64,000 nucleotides of DNA. It comes from Laetmonice hystrix (lineage: Eukaryota). Below the pieces are notes generated by a model that worked only from the letters and a program-made list of their open reading frames with translations, was not told the origin of the DNA and searched no databases. Shown here one piece after another: positions 23,785 to 35,184 of this stretch. Numbering within the stretch: the stretch's first letter is position 1; each line of letters opens with the position of its first letter. Made by a program: the position numbers and the translations under genes. The stretch lies in contig OZ249440.1 of assembly GCA_965235115.1 (NCBI GenBank), positions 35,466,001 to 35,530,000 of the forward strand, written 5' to 3'.

Positions 23785-26042
23785 TGTGGCGCCACCTAGT
23801 AGCCGTAAGCCGAATTAACCCCCCCCCCCCCGCCCCCCTGGGTGTGTCTGTGTGTGTCCAGTCAGTGCGTGGGACTCGTCAGTCAGTGCTATACCTGTGC
23901 CCCTGCCAGGGTCGCATACATGTGTAGCGTTTTTCCCTGACCACCTGGGACGGATCATATAGGAGATATATAGTGTAGCGGTTCCCCTCACCCCCCCCCC
24001 CCCCAGTGCGGATCATATAGGAGATTAGGAATACCCTTCAAATATATACGCTTTAGGGGCCTTATAAGGCGGTTCCAAAGGGATAATTCGTGTAGGGAAA
24101 TGGTGGATTCGATTCAACTACTTTAGCGCGAGTTTCTCAAGAGAAAGGGTGGAATAGTTTTAACTATACTTTAACACAAGTTCTCAATAACTAACAAGGG
24201 TTATTGCACTCTGAACGTGGGACCTCGTTGTGTTCAAATATCCCACAATTAAATATTAACCGAGACAACTACATGTAGATACGTTTCACTGGATGGTATT
24301 AGCACGCAGTTATGCAACGTGAAGTGAAAACTCTAAAACAGAGGTATAGAAAAATACTTGTACTAGTTTTATGGCCGACTGAACATTTACATGGATACAC
24401 GTGTCATGTACAGAGCCATGCTCAAATATCAGTGGTCAGTGGCCAGAGACGCCAGGTGATGGGCCCGAGGGCAGTCACGGCCGGCAACAGGGGCAGGGAA
24501 TGGCGGGAAACGGGGAGGCGGGCACGGGAGCATCATGTTGGGTGCCCCCCCCCCCCCCCCCGGGCAGACACAACGGACGGGTGCTAGGGATGCTCGGCTG
24601 GCGGGCCCACGAGAGGCAGCCACGGCCGAGGGGAGGGAGTCGGTCAAGTTCGGGTGACGGGCACGAGGCAGCCACAACCGAGATAGACTCCAATGCAGAC
24701 TCTTGAGTTCGACTGGACTCAGAGCGGGGTAGGGTAGGGCTGACTGGGCGGTGTGAGGGGGGAGGGGGCATCCGGGCTAGCTACTTCTTTGGACTCAGAG
24801 GGGGTGGGTTGGGGCTGACTGGGCAGTGTGTGTGTGTGTGTGGGGGGGGGGGGGTCTCCGGGCTGGCTTGGTGGCTGGGAGAAGGGAACTGGCGGTCACT
24901 GGCAGCTGACGTCATGGCAACAAAAGGTCAAACAGTGCACCAATAATACAGTGATATAAAATATAGCGATGACTCAGGTTCGTCACATTACCCCCGCCTA
25001 GTTAGGCTTCCCCGCATTATAACTCTATGGAAATATGAACCTGAAAGTCATCACTACAACACAACATATTTACAAACACAACATCACAATATAAACATAA
25101 CACATATAAAAAAAACAATCAAATATCCCTCACTTACTACTTTAGACTTAAAAAAGTAAACTGGCTATCTAAACACGGTCACTTCTGGTCACGTCGGTGG
25201 TCGTTCCTGTCATCATCGCCCTTCTTCCACTGCAGCCCTTGCTTACTTCGCTTGGGTCATCATCGGGCGGGCCATCTCGGGTCGATCCCACGGTGGTCTC
25301 CGGTCTTCCCAGCGGGATCGGCGCAACCATCAGGAGGTCGGCCTCCGTTCTGGTCCGTCATCTTCAGATCTTGATGATGCACTTCTGCAGGTGTCTCATC
25401 TCCGTCTGCATCACTCGGCTGGGACTTCTTCAGGTGTGCTGGCCACTGATGGTGACTCCGGTGGTATCCGTCCATTAAATGGTGTTCGGGTGGACGGCCC
25501 CCATGCTGGTCGGTGACCATCATCAGTTGAGGGTGGTGTTCAGCTGGGGTCTCGCCCAGTTCTCCTTCCTCATTGGGTTCTATTCTAGGTGTCACCATTG
25601 CCTCTCGTTTACTCTCTATGTCACTGTCCAGAAAACTCTCAAATCTGACTAGGGTTGTCGTTTTCATTAGGTCTACATATAAGTTTCTACTTAGGTTTCT
25701 AGCTTCAGCTTCCAGAGCCATAAAACCTGACACTATTTGGCTACTCGAGATGGCATGGCATCTGCCGCACCTTTACAGCCAGTATAACACAGATAGGTAT
25801 TCCAGTAAGCTACCATTAACAACCCACTGACAACTTAACCCATCCGGATCTCGAACGCTTCACTGAACGAATTCCACTTAGAGTAGAGAACAAGGAAAAC
25901 CAAACCCAACAAGTTCCTCCAGACATCGCTGTAACATTGCCGTACATTGGACAGCATGCTGCAAGCACATGCCTCCAGCTTTCCCTCAACATCTTCAACA
26001 CTACACTCGCTAGTTACATTGTCATTAAAGTCACATCTTCGA
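23785..26042 (-). mobile_element. Probable LTR retrotransposon 3' end (3' LTR about 23785-24987 plus degenerate internal ORF)
   Basis: Minus strand shows a purine tract AGGCGGGGGTAA directly followed by TGTGACG (PPT-LTR junction at 24987); upstream low-complexity ORF 25260-25733; no second LTR and no pol motif seen; distal LTR boundary is a guess. Confidence 0.4.
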
Positions 26043-29000
26043 GTGCTACTTTCCACACAATCATTACAGTCATCGCCCTAACTGCTTGTCTCCACACAAC
26101 TATTACAGTCATCTCTCCGACTGCTTGTCTCCACACAACTAATACAGTCATCTCCCCGACTGCTTGTCTCTACACAACTAATACAGTCATCTCTCTGACT
26201 GCTTGTCTCCACACAACTAATACAGTCATCTCTCCGACTGCTTGTCTCTACACAACTAATACAGTCATCTCTCCGACTGCTTGTCTCCACACAACTAATA
26301 CAGTCATCTCTCCGACTGCTTGTCTCCACACAACTAATACAGTCATCTCCCCGACTGCTTGTCTCCACACAACTAATACAGTCATCTCTCCGACTGCTAC
26401 TCTCCACACAATCATTACAGTCATCTCTCTCACTGCTTGTCTCCACACAACTAATACAGTCATCTCTCTCACTGCTTGTCTCCACACAACTAATACAGTC
26501 ATCTCTCCGACTGCTTGTCTCCACACAACTATTACAGTCATCTCTCCGACTGCTACTCTCCACACAATCATTACAGTCATCTCTCTCACTGCTTGTCTCC
26601 ACACAACTAATACAGTCATCTCTCCGACTGCTTGTCTCCACACAACTAATACAGTCATCTCTCCGACTGCTTGTCTCCACACAATCATTACAGTCATCTC
26701 TCCGACTGCTTGTCTCCACACAACTAATACAGTCATCTCTCCGACTGCTAGTCTCCACACAACTAATACAGTCATCTCTCCGACTGCTTGTCTCCACACA
26801 ACTAATACAGTCATCTCCCCGACTGCTTGTCTCCACACAACTAATACAGTCATCTCTCCGACTGCTTGTCTCCACACAACTAATACAGTCATCTCCCCGA
26901 CTGCTTGTCTCTACACAACTAATAGAGTCATCTCTCCGACTGCTTGTCTCCACACAACTAATACAGTCATCTCTCCGACTGCTTGTCTCCACACAACTAA
27001 TACAGTCATCTCTCCGACTGCTTGTCTCTACACAACTAATACAGTCATCTCCCCGACTGCTTGTCTCCACACAACTAATACAGTCATCTCCCCGACTGCT
27101 TGTCTCTACACAACTAATACAGTCATCTCTCTGACTGCTTGTCTCCACACAACTAATACAGTCATCTCTCCGACTGCTTGTCTCCACACAACTAATACAG
27201 TCATCTCTCCGACTGCTTGTCTCCACACAACTAATACAGTCATCTCTCCGACTGCTTGTCTCCACACAACTAATACAGTCATCTCTCCGACTGCTTGTCT
27301 CCACACAACTAATACAGTCATCTCTCCGACTGCTTGTCTCCACACAACTATTACAGTCATCTCTCCGACTGCTTGTCCCCACACAACTAATACAGTCATC
27401 TCTCCGACTGCTTGTCTCCACACAACTAATACAGTCATCTCCCCGACTGCTTGTCTCTACACAACTAATACAGTCATCTCTCCGACTGCTTGTCTCCACA
27501 CAACTAATACAGTCATCACTCCGACTGCTTGTCTCCACACAACTAATACAGTCATCTCCCCGACTGCTTGTCTCCACACAACTAATACAGTCATCTCTCC
27601 GACTGCTTGTCTCCACACAACTAATACAGTCATCTCTCCGACTGCTTGTCTCCACACAACTAATACAGTCATCTCCCCGACTGCTTGTCTCTACACAACT
27701 AATACAGTCATCTCTCTGACTGCTTGTCTCCACACAACTAATACAGTCATCTCTCCGACTGCTTGTCTCTACACAACTAATACAGTCATCTCTCCGACTG
27801 CTTGTCTCCACACAACTAATACAGTCATCTCTCCGACTGCTTGTCTCCACACAACTAATACAGTCATCTCTCCGACTGCTTGTCTCCACACAACTAATAC
27901 AGTCATCTCTCCGACTGCTTGTCTCCACACAACTAATACAGTCATCTCCCCGACTGCTTGTCTCCACACAACTAATACAGTCATCTCTCCGACTGCTACT
28001 CTCCACACAATCATTACAGTCATCTCTCTCACTGCTTGTCTCCACACAACTAATACAGTCATCTCTCTCACTGCTTGTCTCCACACAACTAATACAGTCA
28101 TCTCTCCGACTGCTTGTCTCCACACAACTATTACAGTCATCTCTCCGACTGCTATTCTCCACACAATCATTACAGTCATCTCTCTCACTGCTTGTCTCCA
28201 CACAACTAATACAGTCATCTCTCCGACTGCTTGTCTCCACACAACTAATACAGTCATCTCTCCGACTGCTTGTCTCCACACAATCATTACAGTCATCTCT
28301 CCGACTGCTTGTCTCCACACAACTAATACAGTCATCTCTCCGACTGCTAGTCTCCACACAACTAATACAGTCATCTCTCCGACTGCTTGTCTCCACACAA
28401 CTAATACAGTCATCTCCCCGACTGCTTGTCTCCACACAACTAATACAGTCATCTCTCCGACTGCTTGTCTCCACACAACTAATACAGTCATCTCCCCGAC
28501 TGCTTGTCTCTACACAACTAATAGAGTCATCTCTCCGACTGCTTGTCTCCACACAACTAATACAGTCATCTCTCCGACTGCTTGTCTCCACACAACTAAT
28601 ACAGTCATCTCTCCGACTGCTTGTCTCTACACAACTAATACAGTCATCTCCCCGACTGCTTGTCTCCACACAACTAATACAGTCATCTCCCCGACTGCTT
28701 GTCTCTACACAACTAATACAGTCATCTCTCTGACTGCTTGTCTCCACACAACTAATACAGTCATCTCTCCGACTGCTTGTCTCCACACAACTAATACAGT
28801 CATCTCTCCGACTGCTTGTCTCCACACAACTAATACAGTCATCTCTCCGACTGCTTGTCTCCACACAACTAATACAGTCATCTCTCCGACTGCTTGTCTC
28901 CACACAACTATTACAGTCATCTCTCCGACTGCTTGTCCCCACACAACTAATACAGTCATCTCTCCGACTGCTTGTCTCCACACAACTAATACAGTCATCT

Positions 29001-29259
29001 CCCCGACTGCTTGTCTCTACACAACTAATACAGTCATCTGTCCGACTGCTTGTCTCCACACAACTAATACAGTCATCACTCCGACTGCTTGTCTCCACAC
29101 AACTAATACAGTCATCTCCCCGACTGCTTGTCTCTACACAACTAATACAGTCATCTCTCTGACTGCTTGTCTCCACACAACTAATACAGTCATCTCTCCG
29201 ACTGCTTGTCTCTACACAACTAATACAGTCATCTCTCCGACTGCTTGTCTCCACACAAC
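26043..29259. repeat. 39-bp tandem satellite, left array (about 82 copies)
   Basis: Consensus CTGCTTGTCTCCACACAACTAATACAGTCATCTCTCCGA. Confidence 0.98.
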
Positions 29260-30715
29260 CAGGGATGAAAGTGGCCAGCTGTAAAATTTCCTGAAATTCT
29301 GACCGGGGGGGAGCGGCGGGGGCCAATGTCCATAATTAATATTTGTTCATGCGCACATCCAAGGCTTACCCCCCTCCCCCCTTAAAAAAAGTCAGGCTAG
29401 GAACAGCAGACAATCATGATCCGATAAGGCCTCCTAGCTATTATATATTATAGGGCCTAGCCCTCAGTATTTAGTCGCCACCCCCCACCCCCCCCACCCC
29501 CCCTCAACCCCCCACCCCTGCAAATTTGCTGGATTGACTCCATCACTCATCAGTCCATGCCCCTGTTCAAGGCTGTTGCTTGCCTGTCACTCAGTCACAG
29601 TCAGTGCATGTCAACCTCTGCCTGGCTCTGCCGTCTCCCTCCAACATTGGAATCCAGTCGGCTTTTAGCCTCCAAAATGCAACCGATTACGTTGTCAAAC
29701 AGCTTCCATGTGTTAGACTGACCACACAGGCTGTCCATCAGTCTTGACCCTCAGCAGTCACGACCCTCAGCGGCTCTCAGCCAAGCAACACAGGCTTCGC
29801 TGAGTCGAGTGGTTCAGCCCGTGCGTCCATGTGCCACTCATGTTGTTGTGAAAATTGTCACTTCCGGTCTTATCAGGACACCTGCACTGATCGACAAATG
29901 TAATGAAAAGTCCTGACAACCCCAAAACTTCAGTGAAAACCACTTACGTAATGCCACTATCCTCAAATTTATATGCAAGAACACATTATGAGAACTTACT
30001 GACATATATACTAGGCAGATTCATAGAACTAAATTGACCCAGTTTCCTGTGAGGAGTGACATTGTGATGGTGCATAGTTCGTCAGCCTAATCACTATCAC
30101 CAACGCCGGGACTAGACAGACCGGTCTGTCTATACTATAGTCTCGTTCACTAAGTGAGCGCTCAGGCAAAACTCGCGCATGGATATGGCATAATGGCAAG
30201 CCTGAATCAACGGGCTTCGCAGCTGCCTGACCATCAATTTTGCCTGAAGTCATTACCTGAGGTGAGTCGCTCTCACCACAGCGACACGGGGCCGTGCCTG
30301 CCAGACGGGACAGACGCCACCGCGTGCCGGTAGAAGTCAGCCCACGCGGGCCGGTCTATGTGAGCGATGTCACCACAGCTACAGGGACCAGCACCCCCGG
30401 CAGACCGGCCTATGCACGGTGGCACCCGTGACACTGAACGGGTTTGAGACACTCTAATATCCCCATCTATAAACGAACTTTGGCAGGTAGAGATATATTG
30501 AGCTGCATGGTGTTAAAAAACGTCCTGGAAGGATATTGTTTCATTTGATATTAATTGCCCACCACACAGTCCAGGGCAATACTTAGCCTTGGCTTAGGCC
30601 TACCTCTTTTGCCTATAGATCTAGGCCTATTTCCTTTTTTGGGTGTTATTTCTTGGGGGGGGGATTTTTTCAAATTTCCTGATTTCAGGAAATTTCCTGA
30701 AAACTTTCATCCCTG
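29260..30715. mobile_element. Non-autonomous hAT-like DNA transposon inserted in the satellite, 6-bp TSD
   Basis: TIRs CAGGGATGAAAGT / ACTTTCATCCCTG; subterminal AAATTTCCTGA repeats; CACAAC duplicated at 29254-29259 and 30716-30721. Confidence 0.88.
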
Positions 30716-31715
30716 CACAACTAATACAGTCATCTCTCCGACTGCTTGTCTCCACACAACTATTACAGTCATCTCTCCGACTGCTTGTCTCCACACAACT
30801 AATACAGTCATCTCTCCGACTGCTTGTCTCCACACAACTAATACAGTCATCTCTCCGACTGCTTGTCTCCACACAACTAATACAGTCGTCTCTCTGACTG
30901 CTTGTCTCCACACAATCATTACAGTCATCTCTCCGACTGCTTGTCTCCACACAACTAATACAGTCATCTCTCCGACTGCTACTCTCCACACAATCATTAC
31001 AGTCATCTCTCTCACTGCTTGTCTCCACACAACTAATACAGTCATCTCTCTGACTGCTTGTCTCCACACAACTAATACAGTCATCTCCCCGACTGCTTGT
31101 CTCCACACAACTAATACAGTCGTCTCTCTGACTGCTTGTCTCCACACAACTAATACAGCCATCTCCCAGACTGCTTGTCTCCACACAACTAATACAGTCA
31201 TCTCTCTGACTGCTTGTCTCTACACAACTAATACAGTCATCTCTCCGACTGCTTGTCTCTACACAATCATTACAGTCATCTCTCCGACTGCTTGTCTCCA
31301 CACAATCATTACAGTCATCTCTCCGACTGCTTGTCTCCACACAACTAAAACAGTCATCTCCCCGACTGCTTGTCTCCACACAACTAATACAGTCATCTCT
31401 CCGACTGCTTGTCTCCACACAACTAAAACAGTCATCTCCCCGACTGCTTGTCTCCACACAACTAATACAGTCATCTCCCAGACTGCTTGTCTCCACACAA
31501 CTAATAGAGTCATCTCTCCGACTGCTTGTCTCCACACAACTAATACAGTCGTCTCTCCGACTGCTTGTCTCCACACAACTAATACAGTCATCTCTCCGAC
31601 TGCTTGTCTCCACACAACTAATACAGTCATCTCTCCGACTGCTTGTCTCCACACAACTAATACAGTCATCTCTCTGACTGCTTGTCTCCACACAACTATT
31701 ACAGTCATCTCTCAC
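30716..31715. repeat. 39-bp tandem satellite, right array (about 25 copies)
   Basis: Same monomer; the register continues across the insertion. Confidence 0.98.
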
Positions 31716-32234
31716 CCCGTGGGGACCGGGGTAAGAATGTTCCCCAGCCCCCCCCCCCCCTGGCTGTTCGTAAGAGGCGAATAAATGGGGCGACTTGTTT
31801 GCCGTGAGTCGCGACCCGTGTCGGTGGAGGAAGAGGTCCTGGTACCTGAGGACGGTGAATTGCTGCGGCTTTTCACAGGTCCAACACGGTGCTTTGGCTC
31901 CTACTTCACCTAGACGGGAGGTTGGAGAGGCCCGATCCAATCAATCGGCTGGTCACGCCTTGCCCTAGGATTTTTTGTATTGAGTACCCTTTACAGTGGA
32001 TTTAATTCTCTTAAACAATAGGCAACATCTATCGTAACTATTTCTTCTTTATTCCTAGAAGGCGGTGGCTTAGGGTCAATTGAGTAATGGTAACAACCTC
32101 TTTCGTTCCATTGCTTGAGTATACCAACCCTATATCCTTGGTTTGCAACTGCTGGTTACCGCAGCTCTGCACTTCCCCTTTTTGGGCTCCGTGGAGGGTG
32201 GGGAATAGGGTTGGTGAAAAACTCTAACACAACC

Positions 32235-33530
32235 ATGGCATCAAACAATCCCCCCAAACGAAAACTAGTGAAATTAACGGACTCTGACTCGGACCGGTCT
32301 ATGGAGAACGAACCTTTGACTGAATGGCCTCGTTTCATCATTGTTGAATCAGCAGAACCTGAACGACCAATATCTAAGCTATCCCCTTTTGCCATACATA
32401 AAGGCATATTGGGGATAGCTGGAACAGTCAAAGATTGTAAACGGTTGAGATCTGGCCAACTGTTGGTAGAGTGTGCCACGAGGGCCCAATCTGCAAACCT
32501 GTTGAGTGCCACAGTACTCGCAGGTTACAGTATTAAGGCCTCTCGTCACCGGACGCTCAACTCAAGCAAGGGTGTGATTCGAACAAACTCTCTTGACACC
32601 ACAACTGAACAAGAGATCCTTGCTGGGTTGAGCTGGCAAGGTGTGTCGGAAGTCAGAAGATTGATAGTGAAACGAGATGGTAACGCCATCAAGACACACA
32701 CATATTTTCTGACATTCGACAGGCCCACTCTACCAGATGAACTCGAGATTGGCTTTCTGAAGGTAAAAGTCGATCCCTATATCGCAAATCCTCTGCGTTG
32801 CTTTAAGTGCCAGAGGTTTGGGCATGGAACCGACTCATGTAGAAATGAACAAAAATGTTCTCAGTGCGCTGAAACAGGACATGACCATACAAGCTGTGAA
32901 AAGCCTGCTAAATGTGCCAACTGTGGGCAAGGTCATTCCACTCTTTCACGCGAATGCTCCGTGAGGAAAAAGGAAAAAGAGATCCTAAAGGTGAAAACAG
33001 AGAGAAAACTTAGTTTCCCTGAGGCACAAAAGTTGGTGGAGCAATATATGCTTCCGCCAACAGTTAAAACCTATGCTGCCGCTGTTAAGCCTACCACACG
33101 GACTTTCGCTTGTCAAACGGAGATGGTGTGGGTCAAGGGGGATAAACCTGTGACCTACCCTGATCCCGCTGACAGCACAAATGAACTGCCTAAGAAAGCT
33201 GTCTCGAGTCAGCCACCTAAAAAATCCACCTCAACACAGAGCCAGACAACCTCGGTTCCTCCTCCACAGGCCGGGCCGAGTACTAAAGAACCAACTCCAA
33301 AAACTGATCAACCGAGTACAAAAGAGCCATCTACCAAAAAACATCTACAAAAAAAGAAAATAATAACAGATCGGCTGCCCAAGGCAGCCTCCAACAATAG
33401 TGCAATAGCACTTACAAACAAATTTCAACATCTTCAAGATGTTGAAATGGCTGATGCTACGCCTTGTCGTAGTCGCAGCCTTTCCCCCAAAATAAAGTCT
33501 AGGGGGCGTTTGCCTGTTAAACCACCTTGA
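32235..33530 (+). CDS. LINE ORF1, gag-like nucleic-acid-binding protein with three CCHC knuckles
   Basis: ATG at 32235; LSPFAIHK..LRSGQLLVEC..HRTLNSSKGVI; PLRCFKCQRFGH..C, CSQCAETGH..C, CANCGQGH..C; uninterrupted. Confidence 0.9.
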   Translation: MASNNPPKRKLVKLTDSDSDRSMENEPLTEWPRFIIVESAEPERPISKLSPFAIHKGILGIAGTVKDCKRLRSGQLLVECATRAQSANLLSATVLAGYSIKASRHRTLNSSKGVIRTNSLDTTTEQEILAGLSWQGVSEVRRLIVKRDGNAIKTHTYFLTFDRPTLPDELEIGFLKVKVDPYIANPLRCFKCQRFGHGTDSCRNEQKCSQCAETGHDHTSCEKPAKCANCGQGHSTLSRECSVRKKEKEILKVKTERKLSFPEAQKLVEQYMLPPTVKTYAAAVKPTTRTFACQTEMVWVKGDKPVTYPDPADSTNELPKKAVSSQPPKKSTSTQSQTTSVPPPQAGPSTKEPTPKTDQPSTKEPSTKKHLQKKKIITDRLPKAASNNSAIALTNKFQHLQDVEMADATPCRSRSLSPKIKSRGRLPVKPP

Positions 33531-35184
33531 TGGCAGGCAAATGCTTCCTTCAATGGAATTGTCGAGGTTTTAGAGCCAATTTTAATGAGCTCAGACTTTT
33601 AGCAGAAAACCTTGATCCTCTTGCCCTTTGTCTACAAGAAACATTTCTTACTGCCCGAGACAAAGTCTCATTTAAGGGCTATCAGACTTTCCTTGGTTTT
33701 GCACCAGATGGTGACCGTGCTGCTGGCGGCACAGCCATTCTGGTTCGACAAGATCTCATCCATAGCCCTGTTACAATAGACACGCCATTACAAGCGATAG
33801 CCATACGCCTAACTCTGCGTAAAGCCATCACTGTCTGCTCCATATACATTCCCCCAAACAGTAACTTGGCCCACCAGGATCTTAATGATTTAGTGGGTCA
33901 ACTGCCAACTCCATATGTCCTTTTGGGAGATTTTAATGGCCACAATCCCTTATGGGGTGGTACCACAACTGATGGCAAGGGCAAGAAGATTGAAGAGTTC
34001 ATTGATAATCATGCTCTATGCATTTTTAATAATGGTTCAAACACATACTTACATCCCGGTCATGGCACTTATACAGCGATTGACCTTGCAATAGCTGAGC
34101 CAGATCTGCTGCTGGATTTCTCCTGGAGGGTCTGGGATGACCTTTGCGGGAGTGACCACTTTCCCACCATCCTTTCATATGAAGGACCCAATATAGGGGA
34201 AAAGCAACAACGGTGGCAACTTAGGAAAGCCGACTGGCACTCCTTCCAGACCCTCTGTCGGGAGGAATTCACAGCGGAGATCATTAACGATCCTGAAGCA
34301 ATGGATGATTTTACCTCGCTTTTAATCTCCATTGCAGATAGGACAGTTCCTAAAACCTCGACAAGTCCCAAACATGTCTCAAATCCATGGTTTAATGAAG
34401 ACTGCAAGCAGGCAATTAAAGACCGAAAGAAAGCAGAACGCCTTTTCAACAGGCATCCAACTGCAGTGAACCTTACTAATTTTAAAATTATGAGAGCAAG
34501 GGCACGCCGTATCTGCAAAGAGAGTCGGAGGCAGAGCTGGAGAGACTACGTCTCCAGCCTGACCTCTCGTACTCCTATCAAAAAAGTCTGGAACATGATA
34601 CGGAGACTTAAAGGCAAGGGAGGTGGTACTGGAGTTCAACACTTAAAACACCAAGACACACTACTAACCATCACAGATGAAATAGCAAATAAACTGGCCA
34701 AAACCTTTGAAACAAACTCCTCCTCCAGGAACTGCCTCCCTCAATTCCAAGCCATTCGTGCTCGAAAAGAGAAACAAAAACTAAATTTCCACTCTAACAA
34801 CACAGAAGAGTATAACCAACTCTTTTCCATTGAAGAACTAAGATGCTCTCTTAAAAAATCACACGACACTGCAGTTGGACCTGACAAAGTACATTACCAA
34901 TTCTTAAAACATCTACCCGACACCACCCTCCTCATCCTTCTTCACATTTTCAACAATATCTGGATAACTGGTAATATACCCCTTTCCTGGCAAGAAGCAA
35001 TAATCATCCCCATCCCAAAACCAGGAAAAGACCATAGTGAAGATAACAATTACAGACCAATAGCCTTAACAAGTTGCCTGTGCAAAACCATGGAGAGAAT
35101 GATTAATGATCGCCTCGTCTGGAAGCTGGAGTCTGAGCAGCTCATAACCGAGTCTCAGTGTGGCTTCCGGCGAGGGAGAAGTAC
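33530..35184 (+). pseudogene. Nimb ORF2, 5' part (AP endonuclease and start of RT)
   Basis: QWNCRG, LCLQET, LGDFNGHN, GSDHFP, YRPIALTSCLCKTMERMIN, QCGFRRGRST, then cut by an insertion. Confidence 0.92.

Noticed and set aside
22329..24771. Gly/Pro-rich ORFs
   Set aside because: They arise from poly-G/C tracts in MITEs and GC-rich repeat sequence
26043..31715. CRISPR-like array
   Set aside because: Monomers are head-to-tail with no unique spacers, no cas genes are present, and the context is eukaryotic
25937..31940. ORFs of 1115, 1082, 409 and 437 aa as real protein genes
   Set aside because: They are translations of a stop-free 39-bp repeat, open on both strands and running into transposon termini; there is no independent coding evidence
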